Below are positions 1 to 14,372 of a DNA stretch of 64,000 nucleotides, piece by piece. The translations under genes were made by a program, and so were the position numbers. How positions within the stretch are numbered: the first letter of the stretch is position 1; every line of letters starts with the position of its first letter. Source of the DNA: Eledone cirrhosa (Eukaryota); the NCBI GenBank assembly GCA_964016885.1, contig OZ024743.1, forward strand, positions 159,526,001-159,590,000. The letters are read 5' to 3'. The notes beneath the pieces are model-generated. The model made no database searches. It worked only from the letters and a program-made list of their open reading frames with translations, and had not been told where the DNA came from.

Positions 1-201
1 CAATAACAGAGTCATAACAAAAATGTAAGTAGAAAAAATTATAATGTTCAATGTACAATGAAACGAAGGTCCTTCACCTGGGAGAAAGCCAATGTGCCTT
101 TTTAAAAACTTAATAATAAATAGTTTTTAAAAGTCATAAAATATGTCTATACAGCAAATAATTAAATATATGCATTTTTACGTAATTAGAATATTAACAT
201 T

Positions 202-383
202 TGGATTGGCAGTATCAGTAGAGGGTCGGACGCCATGCTTTCCAGCATAGTTACGTCCCTTTACGATCTGAGTTCAAATCCCGCCGAGGTTGACTTTGCC
301 TTTCATCGTTACGGGGTCGATAAAATAAAGTACCAGTAATGCACTGGGTAATTGCTGGCCTTGTGCCTAAAGTAGAAACAATT
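202..383 (+). mobile_element. tRNA-derived SINE, near full length (subfamily A)
   Basis: A-box-like TGGCAGTATCAGTAG and B-box GAGTTCAAATCCC; central GCCTTTCATCGTTACGGGGTCGATAAAATAAAGTACCAG resembles the Meta/MESC SINE core; ends GTAGAAACAATT; many copies in window. Confidence 0.9.
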
Positions 384-1033
384 AATTAAGTTATGTAACA
401 ATAACTTAATCTTTCCTCGCATTCACCATGTTTCTTACGTGATTATAATATTGCAGATGATAAATAAATAAACTAGCAAACCTTCGTTTCCCTAGCACGC
501 AGTATAAATAACTACGAAATATACTTGATTCTAACCACAAACACGCATCTAAACCTTCACCAATAACGTTTCAAGTATGTCATTTGTCTTCTTAAAGAAC
601 TTTTCTCCCAGCTTCATTTCTGAGAAACTACATTTTATCATGTTTACGGACCATTAAATACCTCACAAAAAAGTATTCCACCATTGATTACACAATTAAA
701 CAATTGCATCGAAACGTACTCTTGATGGTGCTTTCTCACTTACAAATAAAAGTCTGATGACCATGATTTTTTATCTTAACACCGATGGTCGCACTATTAA
801 CACATAAGAATATTTGGATAATAGTATTGTGGAAAAAAAATTTTCTTAAGAAGTTATAAAATTTCTGATTTTGTAACTTTACATCCTCGGGATGAAACTC
901 TAATGGCTGATACGCTTTATAGCATACTGACTCTTTGGTGTTTATTTATTTTATATATCAGCTCTGCATGAACCCCTCTGGTAAAGTTTATACCAAATAA
1001 GGGCAACGTTGTCATTGTTATTAATATTATATA

Positions 1034-1094
1034 GGACAGTGGATTAGCAGTATCGGTAGAGCGTCAGACGCAGTGATGTTCAGCATAGAGTTAT
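1034..1094 (+). mobile_element. SINE 5' tRNA-like head fragment, fused to a palindromic-family fragment
   Basis: GTGGATTAGCAGTATCGGTAGAGCGTCAGACGC matches the SINE head; sequence switches to another repeat at 1095. Confidence 0.7.
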
Positions 1095-1157
1095 GGACGT
1101 CCAGAGTTAGCCGTCGAAACGGCTTGAGCTCAGCCGTCGGGGTCCTACTCGTTCCTA
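1095..1157 (+). repeat. Half copy of the ~210-bp fold-back element family (see 15295 and 56809)
   Basis: GGACGTCCAGAGTTAGCCGTCGAAACGGCTTGAGCTCAGCCGTCGGGGTCCTACTCGTTCCTA is nearly identical to 15445-15503 and ends at (TA)n. Confidence 0.85.
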
Positions 1158-1764
1158 TATATATATATATATATATATATATACGTATGAATCACTCTCT
1201 CTATATATATACACACGCGCACACACACTCACACACACACACGCACACACACACATATATATATATATATGTGTGTGTGTATGTGTTTGTGTGTGTGTGT
1301 GTACATACATATAGGGAATGGGTCTGAATTAGTTTCGAGAATGAGTGTTCCAATTGTATGATCATAAAATTAACATGTAAGTAGTTAAGCATCCTAAAGG
1401 CATGTATGCGCTTAACATAATTTACAAGGAAATGAGTGTGACACATTATGTGACAAGGCTGGCCCTTTGAATTCAACGTGTTCGGGCCGCAATCGGGCGT
1501 CAATTTCGAAACCTTTGTGTGGTATCTTGGGACAGACTCATTTACCATAAATTTCTGTCAACCCACGCCTCAAGAGTGACATTGCACAGACGGAAATAAT
1601 TTGGAATGCCGTATATAGACATACACACACGCACACACACACTCATGCACGCACACACACACATACTCATGCACGCAAAACACACACATATATATACATA
1701 TATATATAAATATATATATACATATATACATATATATATACATATATATATATACACATATATA

Positions 1765-2468
1765 TATATTGTTGGGGGACCAGAAATAACTCACCCTTTA
1801 ATACGCTACATTTCTGAACATTTCTTAAAAGTGAAAAAATTCTAATCCTGCAGAAGCTAGACATACACACATACAAAAATATGTAAAACATTCCAAATAT
1901 GTTGCATCTAATAACTGCATATTCACATATCCAAATACAAAGCATATGCGCATGCACACATACAACTCAAAACATATACATCCACACATACAATAACATC
2001 CATACCTACACATGCATTCATGCAGACATGCAGACATATCTACCTTGTTGATGTGTAAATTCCAATGAGAGAGTCGAGTAACATTGTTAGAAACCGACTC
2101 TCTCTCTATTGGAAAACATTTGTCAAATTATAAAACCAGAAGAACATACATACATAGGACTAGTTAGGAAATTACAAGTACAATCTATTAATGGAACAGT
2201 AAAAATATGTAAAACATTCCAAAATTTCCGCATCTAATAACACCATATACAAATACAAAGCATATGAACATGCACACATATAACTCAAAACATACATACA
2301 ATAATATGCATACCTGCACACACATGCATGCAGACTTGCATACATATCTACCTAGTTGATGTTATGTATATTCCAATGAGAGAGTCATATATCTATGTTA
2401 GAAACTATCGTTCCCTCTTGTGGCAAAATGTGTGAACATATAAAACCAGAACAACACACATACACAAA

Positions 2469-2509
<41 letters not shown>

Positions 2510-2680
2510 GCACGCACGCACGCACACACACACACATACACACACGCGCGCGCGCGCACACATTCAAATACATATATATAAATATTTTTTGTTGGGGGAC
2601 CAGAAAGAATTCACACTTGAATAAGCTACATTTCTCATGATTTCGTAAAAGAGAAAAAATTCTAATCCTGCAGAAGAACA
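1765..2680. repeat. Diverged direct-repeat cluster A-B-B'-A'
   Basis: A (~1765-1860) resembles A' (~2585-2680), sharing GTTGGGGGACCAGAAA...TCTAATCCTGCAGAAG; B (~1873-2146) resembles B' (~2200-2455), sharing AAAAATATGTAAAACATTCCAAA...TTCCAATGAGAGAGTC...ATAAAACCAGAA. Confidence 0.8.
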
Positions 2681-2926
2681 TATATACAAACATACATACT
2701 TACATACATACATACATAGTTACATACATACATACACACATACATAATATACACACAAACATATATACATATATATAGATATATATGTGTGTGTGTATGC
2801 GTTTGTGTGCGTGTTTGTGTGCATGTGCGTGTGTATGTGTGTGTATAAAAATATATATGCATGCATATCATTGACTAAACATACGTACATTAATACATAC
2901 ACACCTACATACACATACCCCCCCCC

Positions 2927-3133
<207 letters not shown>

Positions 3134-5278
3134 CCTATCATTGATTACATTCTGATGACTGGCATCCTCATCAATACTAGCGATACTAATAAATCATGCT
3201 ATGCATTAACTGCCAACTTTCTTTCACAGATGGAAATTGGGCAGATGATAATATTAATTCTCAAATGTCAGTCATTAAAATTTATCAGGCTACCCTAATT
3301 TTTCTTACAGTCTCATCAACAATATATCATTATGATGTTGCCGTTATTGCCTTTTCTACTGCTGCATTTATAGCAGTTAGTGACTCTGCTGATAATATAC
3401 TTGTTGAAGATTTTTGTCTTGTGATTAATATTAGTTCAGTGGGTATATATTATCCCTGTAGACATTTCATTCTCCGTCTTCTTAATACAGTATTTGCGAA
3501 TGAAATATGGTTTAAATTTAAAACTACACGGAGCCCGGTCTAAAGTATACCTCTTATATCATCTGTTGGATGCTTGAAGTATAATATCGTTAGCGCAAAA
3601 TATTTTCCGCAGTTTATAGAAACTATCTTTACCTTCATTGTCATTCTCACATACCATCATCTACATCATCCTCTTCACATTCATATATCATAATCCTTAT
3701 CCACCTCCCACACTCCTTCTCTTTCTCCCACTCCTTATCACCACCGTCGTTATTTTCAGCACCGCCACCCACCTCCTCTATTATTATCAACACCATCCTC
3801 ATTTCCATCGTGCACATCATTATAAATATAGGATTAAAATTATATCGAGTACGGTGTATCATGTAAATCTGTGTAAGCCTGAGCTGGCAATGTCATTTTT
3901 ATTATCATTTAAACGTCTAGTTTAAAGTTACATCATAATCATATCAGTTTTTTCAGACATAAAATTTGTTTTTATGAATTATGTCTCAAGACACCCGTTT
4001 GCGATATTCTACTTATGCTATAAAATCTAAAGAGAAAGATAGAATTCAAACTAAAGTTAGAGAAAGGAAACACAGAATACAACAAATATTAACCTAACTT
4101 TTTTTATTGTATAGAATTCAAGGAAAAACAATCAACATAAAATTTTAATCAACTTCATGAAAAGTAGATATAGTTTCTAGTTATCATTTCATATAGTCCA
4201 AGGGAATCAAATTTATTCTCATTATTAGAATTTAATTTCGTTAAATAAAGGCGAGATGTGACTGGAGAATATAATGTAAATGAACGAAAATAATAACTGA
4301 AAATGAAGAAATTACAGAAAGAGCACATAATAACATAGAATCTGGAAGAAATCTATTTAAAATACGAAAAACCTCGAACTTTACCGAAATTATGCATTAT
4401 CCAAACCTATAAAGACGACAAGAATAGCATTTTTGAACATTGTACAACGCTTAAGAGAGAAGATTGATTGTTTAAATATCAAGCACGTTTCATAACTGTT
4501 TACATTACTTTATTCCAAATAACATCTCTTTATCTAACCCCAGCCCCATTATTTTTAAATGTTTTATGAATAGCATATTGTATTCTGACTTTTTCTGAAA
4601 GGTATGTACACTAATAAAGACTTGTATATGTAGATTAAATGTCTTTAAGGGAAGTATTTAATCTTTTAATTGAAATTGCGGAATTTGAAATCAGGGGAAC
4701 AGATTTGAATACTGATAGACATTTAGCTAGGTATTGGAAAGTTTCTGAAATTAATAAGATTTATTAAAAAATGTTATTGTTACATTTTAATCGGGCTATT
4801 TAAATATCTAATTAGTTCGCAAATAATGAGTATCCACGGGATGGGGGTTTATGTCAGGTTTGTGTAACAATAAGAAAGAAGGAGTGTCCTTTCCTTTGTG
4901 AAGGAGTTTTGTTCTGCTTGTAGGACGAAATGACCTCGGCACATTTTATAAAACAAATGGGTTACATATTTTGTTGCAAGTATTTGAACAGGATCGCCGG
5001 TGTACGGGTAACTCAATATATTAAAAAGAAATATCTTTACCAAATATTTAGATGAGGAAGGTCAATACGTTTTCACGGGCCTCAGGTGCGAGAGGGATGA
5101 ACATTATTTCCAGATTGTAAACCTAGAATGAATGCTAATAAGAGTAAGGACTCTACTGAAAGAGCCAAGCGCTAGGTTGTGTTACAGCGGGTGATGAATT
5201 AAGTCAACCACCTTAGAACAATCATCCTCGAACGGAGAGCTGTCATAAATAATGCCTACTATCTGAGAATAGGAACTG

Positions 5279-5433
5279 TCCCTTCCACACGGCTTCCGAC
5301 AACTAAATTTCAATCAATCTTCTTATCGACCCGTGGCTATAGTAATAAACACTTGCTGAAAAGTTCCAACAGTGTAGTCGAATCCGAAATCAAATTGTAT
5401 GAAACGAACTTATTAACGAAACAACCATCCTTG
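5279..5433 (-). mobile_element. Degenerate copy of a second tRNA-derived SINE family
   Basis: CTTCCACACGGCTTCCG...GGCTATAGTAATAAACACTTGC...GTCGAATCCGAAA resembles the reverse strand of a tRNA-headed SINE; heavily diverged. Confidence 0.45.
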
Positions 5434-5700
5434 CACACATCTTGAAATCCTGTTTTCCTGTGCATCGAACATGTGAAGTGTCATGGATGATCTCGTTTCT
5501 TCTCTCACTAAGCAATGGAAACAAAGCCCTTTGCCGTTTCCGAAGTGTTTCCGCTGCTTCTATTTATGAGTAGTTTTATTACCCCTTGGAACACACCAAG
5601 AGCTACATGGATTTGTACTCCGGCATATTGCTTTCATTTCTGACAAAATATAATTACATACACAATAACATAGAAAAGCTGTGCTAATACATATACATAT

Positions 5701-5891
5701 AATTGTTTCTACTTTTGGCACAATGTCAGCAATTAACCAGTGCATTAGTGGTACTTTATTTTATCGACCCTGTAAGAAGGATGAAAGGCAAAGTTAACCT
5801 CGGCGGGATTTGAACTCAGAATGCAAGGGCCGTAACTCTATGCGTCAAAGCATGGCGTCCGACCCTCTACCGATACTGCCAATCCACCGCC
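5701..5891 (-). mobile_element. tRNA-derived SINE, full length (subfamily B)
   Basis: Reverse complement of the 202-383 consensus with the variant GAATGCAAGGGCCGTAACTCTATGCGTCAAAG. Confidence 0.9.
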
Positions 5892-5901
5892 ATATAAATA
5901 T

Positions 5902-6016
5902 AATTGTTTCTCCTTTAGGCACAAGGCCAGTAATTGCCCAGTGCATTACTGGTACTTTATTTTATCGATCCCGTAAGGATGAAAGGCAAAGTCAACCTCC
6001 GCGGGATTTGAACTCA
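5902..6016 (-). mobile_element. 5'-truncated SINE with 20-bp target-site duplication
   Basis: SINE 3' part up to the B-box; CACCGCCATATAAATATAAT at 5885-5904 and 6015-6034. Confidence 0.85.
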
Positions 6017-6052
6017 CCGCCATATAAATATAATGCCAGTTTAATACACACA

Positions 6053-6114
<62 letters not shown>

Positions 6115-6174
6115 CAGGGTGTCCCAAAACATGTATGCACAGTCATTAGAATGGTGTTGAAGCGATATATATTA

Positions 6175-6224
<50 letters not shown>

Positions 6225-6522
6225 GGGGGAGGGAGAGAGAGAGAAAGAGAAAGTGAGAGAGAGAGGGGAAAGTAGATAAATAGATAGATACATGCATACA
6301 GGCACACGCATACAGAATGTGTCTGGACCGCATTATATCATTCCTAATGGTAGAATGAAAGGCATATGAAAGATGATGGGATTGAACTTAGTACATAAAC
6401 GGCCATTCTGTATCCCGTTCTATCGATTTTGCTATTTCATCGTGCCTCCACCGAACAGAGACAAATTGCAAACATCTTTGGAATGGATAAGATTCATTCT
6501 AATGACAAAGCAAAGAATAAAT

Positions 6523-6812
6523 AAGTATATATACACACACATACACACATATACACCCACACACATACACATACACACACACACACAAACACACACATAC
6601 ACACATAAATATATATATATATATATGCACACGTACTTATATATATATATATATATATATACATACATCTCACGAATATAAGTATATATACACACACATA
6701 CACACATATACACCCACACACATACACATACACACACACAAACACGCACATACACGCATAAATATATATATATATGCACACGTACTTATATATATACATA
6801 CATCTCACGAAT
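6523..6812. repeat. Tandem duplication of a compound microsatellite unit
   Basis: AAGTATATATACACAC...GCACACGTACTTATATA...CATACATCTCACGAATA occurs twice back to back. Confidence 0.8.
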
Positions 6813-7146
6813 AATAAAAGAATTACATTATCTGCGACCTCTCGATTCGTGAACAGTTTTAATATTTTAAATTAGTTATTGTTTTGAGTAGTATCTTTAA
6901 AGCATTCATTGGATTTAATTTATTTTCCGTTACAAAGTTATTTTTAGCGTTGATGCATTGAAGCATTGATTTTGTCTGCTTCTGAGATACGAGAATAAAA
7001 CATTGCACTGCAATATTAAGAATTAATGGATTCTTTTTGCGATTCCGTATGTATATTCTGTACTATATGGACAAAGTAATGAAGATTATGAGTTCTGATG
7101 ACGTGTGTCACAAAGGAAGGTAAGACGAAGGAAGTAAATGAAAGTC

Positions 7147-7181
<35 letters not shown>

Positions 7182-7497
7182 ATTAGAAAGGCCCACACAT
7201 AAATATACATACATACATACATACATACATACATACATACATACATACATACATACATACACACGTACATGCATACATATAGATATATAGATATAGATTC
7301 ATATGTGTGTGAGAGTTATATTATAGATATGTATATATACTTGTATGTGTTTATACATATATATGTTTATAATTTAGATCGATACACAATAATTTCGAGC
7401 TTGTTGCACGATAACCACTCAATGAAGGATCATTTCTTATTTATCTACCTATGTCTGTATCTATGTAGGTCGAAATTATTGTATATCGATCCAAATT

Positions 7498-7557
<60 letters not shown>

Positions 7558-9239
7558 AACACAACCAAAACTATATACATAAACTAGAGTATGACTTGCA
7601 CATATATAATTATACATGCACACACTTACACACACATACATGCATACTCTTACACACACACACACACACACGCACAATCTCTCACACGCACGTATATATA
7701 CATATATGTATCTGGGTGTGTGCGTGTGTCCGTGTATGCGTGTGTGTATGTGTGTGTATGTGTGTGCCTGTGTGTGAATATGTGCGAGTGTATGTGTGTG
7801 TATGTGAGTCCACGCGCGCATGTGTATGTTTGAAGTTTCCCGTGCGGGGAAGTAACTACTAGAACCTTCATGGCTGGGATGTCAAATTACTAAAAATAAC
7901 GTTTAATGTACTACAGTAGTATGTTCTCACTTTTTGAGAATATGTAGCACTTACATACATGCATACATGGATGCATACATATATACATACATATATAAAT
8001 ACATGAATACATACATATATATATATATATATTATATTATATTTTGAGAATAAACTCTCAGTCGTTTACAATAATTAAGCTCCAGGAAGGGGCTCTTCCG
8101 AGCAGTTAAATACATTTAAAATATATGATAAACACGAAATGTGTTTATATTGCAACAGTGTTTATAATATATTTTAAATGTATATATATATATATACACG
8201 CATAAATACATACATAAATAAATAAATACATACATAATAACATACATTCATGAATGTAGGTTGTACAAAAACTGTAGATGTTAGTCGTACTATTGCCAAC
8301 TGTGAAATATTGTCTTCTAGTGACTACCTTCCTACAATACATAATGTGTTAGCTGGAAAATCGGAAATAACTACGGAAGACGAAAGTAACAAGTTGGGAT
8401 GAATATATTGTGTGTGACGTCTCAGTAGAATATAGATAAAACTTAAAAATAACAACTAATTATAACACCGAATTATATCACAACCAGCCTTGTATTGTTT
8501 GTAACAACAGGTTTATAACATTATCTGTTGTATAATTCAGCTACTCGCCCATTGTCAAATGTAAAAATATATCAAGGAAAGGAGGATATCTACGGACAAT
8601 TGATCAGTCTACAGCATCCAAAATTCTGTTACCTATCATCGTTGGAGCTACAACATATATACCAACCCCCTTAGATCAACGTATGACTGAACATAAACTT
8701 TTGGGGAAAAACGCAGCTCTTTAATAACTTCGTAATCTACATATGGCTACGGATTCTGTAAACTCCAAAATTTGTAAATCATTCTCACTATTCATAAAAC
8801 TCTCGTCACTCCCCTTAAAATTTGTTCTCGCTGACTTCCAAGTTTAAATCTCTTCTTCGCTCTCACACATACTCTATAAATATGCCACTGGGGAAAAAAA
8901 TCAAATCGTTTGCAAATCGCAAGGCAGATTATAATCACGAGGATCAATCGAAAAATAAATACTGAAGCTATATCGAATTATCAAGAACTCTGCGTCTATA
9001 TACGCTTAAGATATTCGAGGATATTTCAAGGAATCTAGAAACACAGCGAACAAACTTCTACGTGATCGCTCAATTTACTAGATATGCCAACAATAACCAT
9101 CTCAAGACAGATATTACAGTATTAAGATTCGGAAGAGGACTCATTGAATAATGTGATTCTACTGCTTAGCTAGAAATTACACTGTTGCTAAACAACAACG
9201 TAACAAAGTTTTTCCTACACGGCTACTTGCTATGGAACA

Positions 9240-10240
9240 GCTCACAGCCAAATAAACCTCAACATATCAGACTGGATCACCAAAAGAGACCAACCGAAAT
9301 GAAACAGTTTATTCAATCATCTTGCTCGAGGTCTATCCCTGGGTGAACTGTCAGCTGATTTTGTCGGTAAAATCTGTCCAGCAATTATATCCTTAGCCAT
9401 TCTAACCACAAGTCTGTAATATCGGAGCTGTGATCTCTCAATTTGGAAAGGTAGCGGCTCTACTTGGAGCGATTCTCTGGTTTCACAAGCTTCGCGTTTT
9501 ATCGAGTAACGTTACTCCAAAGGGCCTTCATAGAAAACCTATTTCGGGCGCTTGTATTTGCAATTGTATTCTTTCGGTTATTACTGTGAAGGTGGGCAAG
9601 AATACTGAATTGAACTCTAATGACCAAATGTTGAAGCTGGCATATTACTGCACCAGCTCCTGCTATATTTGCTCTTGATTCAGATTTCTGCATTCCATCA
9701 CTCATGAAAATGGACCCGAGTTAATGAATTTCTCCACCTGATTCAGTGAAACTCCAGAGATTTATAGTGTACTGCTTATGTGTTAGGACAAGTGTCTCAG
9801 TCTTCGCAACACTAATTTTCATTCCTGCCATGCATACCCGGTAGGAAACATTTCACGTCAAAGATCTCATTTCGTCGAGTTCATTAATACCATTTCATCC
9901 GCAAATACGAGCCGACTGATCCTACACCTGTCAGTTTCGATAAAGCTTTCGACTTGATAGCTCATGTTAATCCTGTTTTTGAAGATTAGCTGAGAATACG
10001 TAACCTTCGTAGTATCAGACACCCACATTAAATGGTTTCGACTTAGAACCATTGATCCGAACGCAATTATTAGGGCATTCAAATAAACACCTCAAAGCCT
10101 CAAGAAGCTGTTCATCAATCTCATACTCCTGCAGATCATTCAATAACAGGTCTCATGGAACACTGTCATATGCCTTATCAAGATTTACGAAATAAACATG
10201 CTCTTCCTGACAATATTCCCACGATTGACGAGAATTAACA
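9240..10240 (-). mobile_element. Degenerate RTE-clade LINE, RT C-terminal part
   Basis: Minus strand reads LVFADEMVL and ITERIQLQIQAPEIGFL..GVTLDK..ESLQVEPL..QIERSQLRY..L; same family as 19330, 33080 and 42146. Confidence 0.75.
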
Positions 10241-10759
10241 CAGTATCATCTGAAAAAAAGAACAATGCAGAATTTAATCACTGATATACATGAACAATCA
10301 GATGGTACTGTAAGCGCTAGAACGGTTTTTGAACATAGATCGGCTCACTGAGGGCATATTGAAAATGACAACAACAATGACATCTAACGTTAAAACACGA
10401 GAATATATTATCGCTTGAAAAACAATCCTTTGCCGAACGACATCAGAAATATGATTGATGTAGCATCGTGTCTGACAAAAGTTGTCTGTTATTTTGAACT
10501 CATCTTATATTTCCCTTACCGTTTTATTTCTATCACCGCATGGTAGTTTTAACATAATGGATTTAATCACCAAACCCTATACTTGTTTTGTTTAAGGGGA
10601 TATAATCTCCTTGTATCATTTTCTACCATCCAAGGCTCCCCAAGAAAGCTACACAAAATGACTCAGGGATGATGTGATCCAAGCTTGTTGCCTATTCTCA
10701 CACACCCCACGTAGTTTGCCTGTGGTAGTGGAAGAAATTACAATCGGCGATGTTTATCC

Positions 10760-11250
10760 GTGGTTTTATTTACGTTTTGCAATGTAAAATTTATTAGATC
10801 TTTTGGCAGGGCTTTCGTCAATTACTTTAATATCTTTTTAGCCAACATTTTCTATTTGCTCTCTATTATTTCTCTGTAACTCATATTCCCTTTACTTCGG
10901 AAGATATATTGTCTGACTGGTTAAAGTGACAACCTCAATTTTACTATTCAACACTTCTGTCATTTTTAAATATTATTTTCCAACATGCAAGTTTTCTTGA
11001 CATCAAGTAGCAGCCACATTCCTTGATATTTATAGCTATCGCTGCTAACCGACTTTATTAAATTCCTTTCTCTACATTTATTACTTCTCCTACTTTCCAT
11101 ATTTTCATTATCAAACATCTACGCTTTCTGATCCAAAATTCCATTCGAATGTCTTCACTAAACCTATAAAACATTTTCACAAAAGAGGCTCTTTGATCTT
11201 CTATCTTCGCAAACAGCTTCAATGTATAAATATGTTTTCTGATATTTTAC
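10760..11250 (-). mobile_element. Degenerate R4/Dong-like non-LTR RT fragment
   Basis: Minus strand fragments LKLFAK, FSEDIRMEF and SYK..QG match the R4/Dong RT thumb pattern (MDDLKL..FS.DI.MEFG..KC..YKYLG). Confidence 0.55.
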
Positions 11251-12284
11251 TGTTTGTATTTTATTGCTCGACGGTCTGTTACCGTTCTCAGATTATTTGT
11301 TTTAGGAGGGGGAATGGTAGAACCAGCGAATACCTTTGTTAAAAGCAGCATTGCCGTATTTACATACATGGCTTTATTATATGCGTTCAAAGTTGGCTTT
11401 GCTTTTCAATTTTCCGGGGACGATATAATTAGTACTAATCAGTTCCTAATGTGATTAAATCGTCTAAAATGCATAGCCTTGTGCCAATATTAGGAAAGGA
11501 TAATCGTGGAGTCATTCTATCTTGCATCTATCACTACCATCGCAGCCATGCTTCCTGTGATTTCATCTTTGAAGAATGTTGGAAATGATAAAATATAAAG
11601 TGGAGTAACCGTTTTGTACAAGAGTTCTTCATTTGCGGGTGCCATTTGTGAATTTGCGATATTTCCTATTTCAACAATGAAGCTAACGGCACTGCCAATT
11701 CGTGTGTGGGACCTGAAAGATAAAGGGATCTCATACACGATTGACTAGAATATTATGGATAAATCATGCGCTTATAGGAAAGGAAAAAAGGTGGTTACTT
11801 TTTTTAACCGAAAAAAAAAAAAAATATTGCAGTTCACAAAGTCCTCTGAGAAATAATAAAATACAAAGAATGAAGTTTTTAGGGCTGTCTCCATATACGA
11901 TCCCACTCCATGTCAGCATACAAGAATTCAAGCCCAGACACACACAATACCATTAACTTACAAGCGTATTATTCCACAAACATGTCTGGGGAACACATAT
12001 GTTTATATATATGTACAAATCCAACTACACGCAAATACATTCAAACGCAATAAGATCCATAAATAATAAACATAACAATAATGCATACGTCATTAACAAT
12101 ATGAAACCCCACCTCTATATAGACTAAACACAAAATCTATATACATGAGGATAAGCAAAGAAATATTTAATTTGTTGGTTATTCAACAAATTTATTTATG
12201 ACAGATTCGAAGCTCTCTACAAGTTTTCTGGAGTATAATATCAATGATATTAATACATGGAAGCAATATTTAGAAAACCATATT

Positions 12285-12344
12285 TATTTTATTATATATA
12301 TTTCAAGAGTACCCCAATTTGGTACGCTCGCATCAGATAAAATA
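12285..12344 (-). ncRNA. Degenerate type-I hammerhead ribozyme (TATTTTAT family)
   Basis: Minus: TATTTTAT CTGATGC GAGCGTACC-AAATTGG-GGTACTCTT GAAA TATATA TA ATAAAATA; 8-bp stem I, 8/9-bp stem II, A9 changed to C. Confidence 0.7.
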
Positions 12345-13089
12345 CAAAATTTGTTTTATAAATGTTGACATACCCAAGAAACGAGACATTTTTGGTTCAG
12401 GTACAGTTTGGATAGTGAAAGAAAAATTTCAAATCCTTAGGATGAATATGTAAATGAGGTTGAAACGTAAGTCTGAAAAAAGATTGTTCTACTTAGACGC
12501 TAGGTAAATTTAAATAATTATTAGGATAATTTATAAGGATAATTTATAAAAAGAAAAATAGAGAGGCTAATATTAATGTTATGGTGTAAGAAAATTTAAG
12601 GAATGATTATGAGAAAATATTATAGTTAGAAATACACTATTATTATTGAGATAAAATTGTATGTATCATATCAGTGATGGTGTAAAGAGACTGATATAAT
12701 TATATTTAATTATTTAATTATATAATCATATATTTTGGAAGTATCTATAAAATAATACTAGAGTTAAGAATGCGTTGAAGTGGTAGAATACCAATTTAAA
12801 ATTAAAAATAATATTGAGTTATACAACAAATGATTGTATCTATTCAAATCATGAGTTATCATATTATATAGATCATATTTAGAAGTATATTTAAAGGTTG
12901 TAAGTTTTTTTTAGTTTATTATATTACAATGGGTTATTTATATAAGTATTTATATAAATATTTTTGGTGAGTATTTATGTTGTTATTTTCACTAGATAGA
13001 TAAATTAAATATTTTTATATATGTTACGGGTTACGAAGAATTTTGTGTTTACATTTTCAATATATATTTAAGAAAAGGTCGTAGTTATA

Positions 13090-13500
13090 AATTTTATTTG
13101 AGAAGATTATTTTGTACATTCAGATAGTTCATGCCTGGATGTGTAGGCCTCGCGAAAGTGACATATGTTCATGACAACGACTCGGCTCATTTGTTGTTGC
13201 AGATCCAAGGTGCCTTAGAAAAGAATGGTATTTCTTTCCGATTTCTAGTTGTGTCCGAACTGAAGATGGCATTCAAAGGGGTCCAATTTTAGAGTTGATA
13301 GGACACTAACCGATTTGTGGTGGGGAAACTGAGAGCCATTCCTGAGGAAGCATTCTAGACGTGCATCAGGCAATGGTAATCTCACTGGATACGTGTGTGG
13401 AACTAAAACGGATCTAATTTGAAATGGATTAGCAATGGAATCCGCCATGTACGTAATTCATTTTTCCAACCTACGGTTAGATACTTTTTGACTATGTAAA
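13090..13500 (-). mobile_element. Possible highly degenerate PLE GIY-YIG endonuclease remnant
   Basis: Frameshifted pieces resembling NT.LSK..WDL and C....EA...R.EL.EC; followed downstream by an AT-rich tract and the HHR at 12285. Confidence 0.35.
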
Positions 13501-13590
13501 TAAATGGAAGTTACTTGCAATACAGGTTCATATCATTGCAGTTCAGAATTGCTGACAGAGTAAAGAATTAAGCTTTTATAAATAGTATAT

Positions 13591-13775
13591 AATTATTTCT
13601 ACTTTAGGCACAAGGCCAGCAATTACCCAGTGCATTACTGGTACTTTATTTTATCGACCCCGTAAGGATGAAAGGCAAAGTCAACCTCGGCGGGATTTGA
13701 AATCAGATCGTAAAGGGACGTAACTATGCTGTAAAGCATGGCGTCCGACCCTCTACCGATACTGCCAATCCACCA
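13591..13775 (-). mobile_element. SINE subfamily A, full length, with TSD
   Basis: Consensus match; TAAATAGTATATAATT flanks both sides (~13579-13594 and ~13782-13797). Confidence 0.9.
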
Positions 13776-13793
13776 CTTAAATAAATAGTATAT

Positions 13794-13973
13794 AATTGTT
13801 TCTACTTTTGGCACAAGGCCAGCAATTTCCCAGTGTATTACTGGTACTTTATTTTATCGACCCCGTAAGGATGAAAGGCAAAGTTAACCTCGGCGGGATT
13901 TGAACTCAGAATGGCAAGGGCCGTAACTCTATGCGTCAAAGCATGGCGTCAGACCCTCTACCGATACTGCCAA
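13794..13973 (-). mobile_element. SINE subfamily B, near full length
   Basis: Consensus match in tandem with the previous copy. Confidence 0.9.
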
Positions 13974-14295
13974 TATATAATGAAACTTAAAAATATTTTT
14001 TGTGTTTGGTTATTAGGCGATCTATCAACAGAGGTGTGTATTCCAATATGTGATTTTGGTTGTTTTTGTGAATTGGGCTTATCTACTGTTACAAGAATGC
14101 GCAAGTTTTTCTGCTATTTATATAATTTGTGTTAATTATGGTTCAATGATTATGTTTTACCATGGAGTTCTGCATGCATATCATTTTTGTGGTAGAATGT
14201 TGATCACATGTTGGGGTTGTGCAGTGTGTAAGAATATAAGAATGGCATTCATATCTATCTATCGATCTATCTATAAAGAAATCTATCTATCTATC

Positions 14296-14350
<55 letters not shown>

Positions 14351-14372
14351 GTGAGGTTTTTTTTACAAAATG

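Noticed and set aside
202-383. SINE heads as tRNA genes
   Set aside because: A/B boxes are present but there is no cloverleaf, and they are always attached to the SINE body
3196-3925. ORFs 3196-3543 and 3638-3925
   Set aside because: Low-complexity decayed trinucleotide-like sequence; no recognisable domain
6115-6165. TACAGGGTGTCCCAAAA Tc1/mariner-like terminus
   Set aside because: No partner TIR found nearby; too short to support
8600-9120. Possible plus-strand PLE endonuclease relic
   Set aside because: Only vague YI.LS-like similarity; too decayed to call by eye
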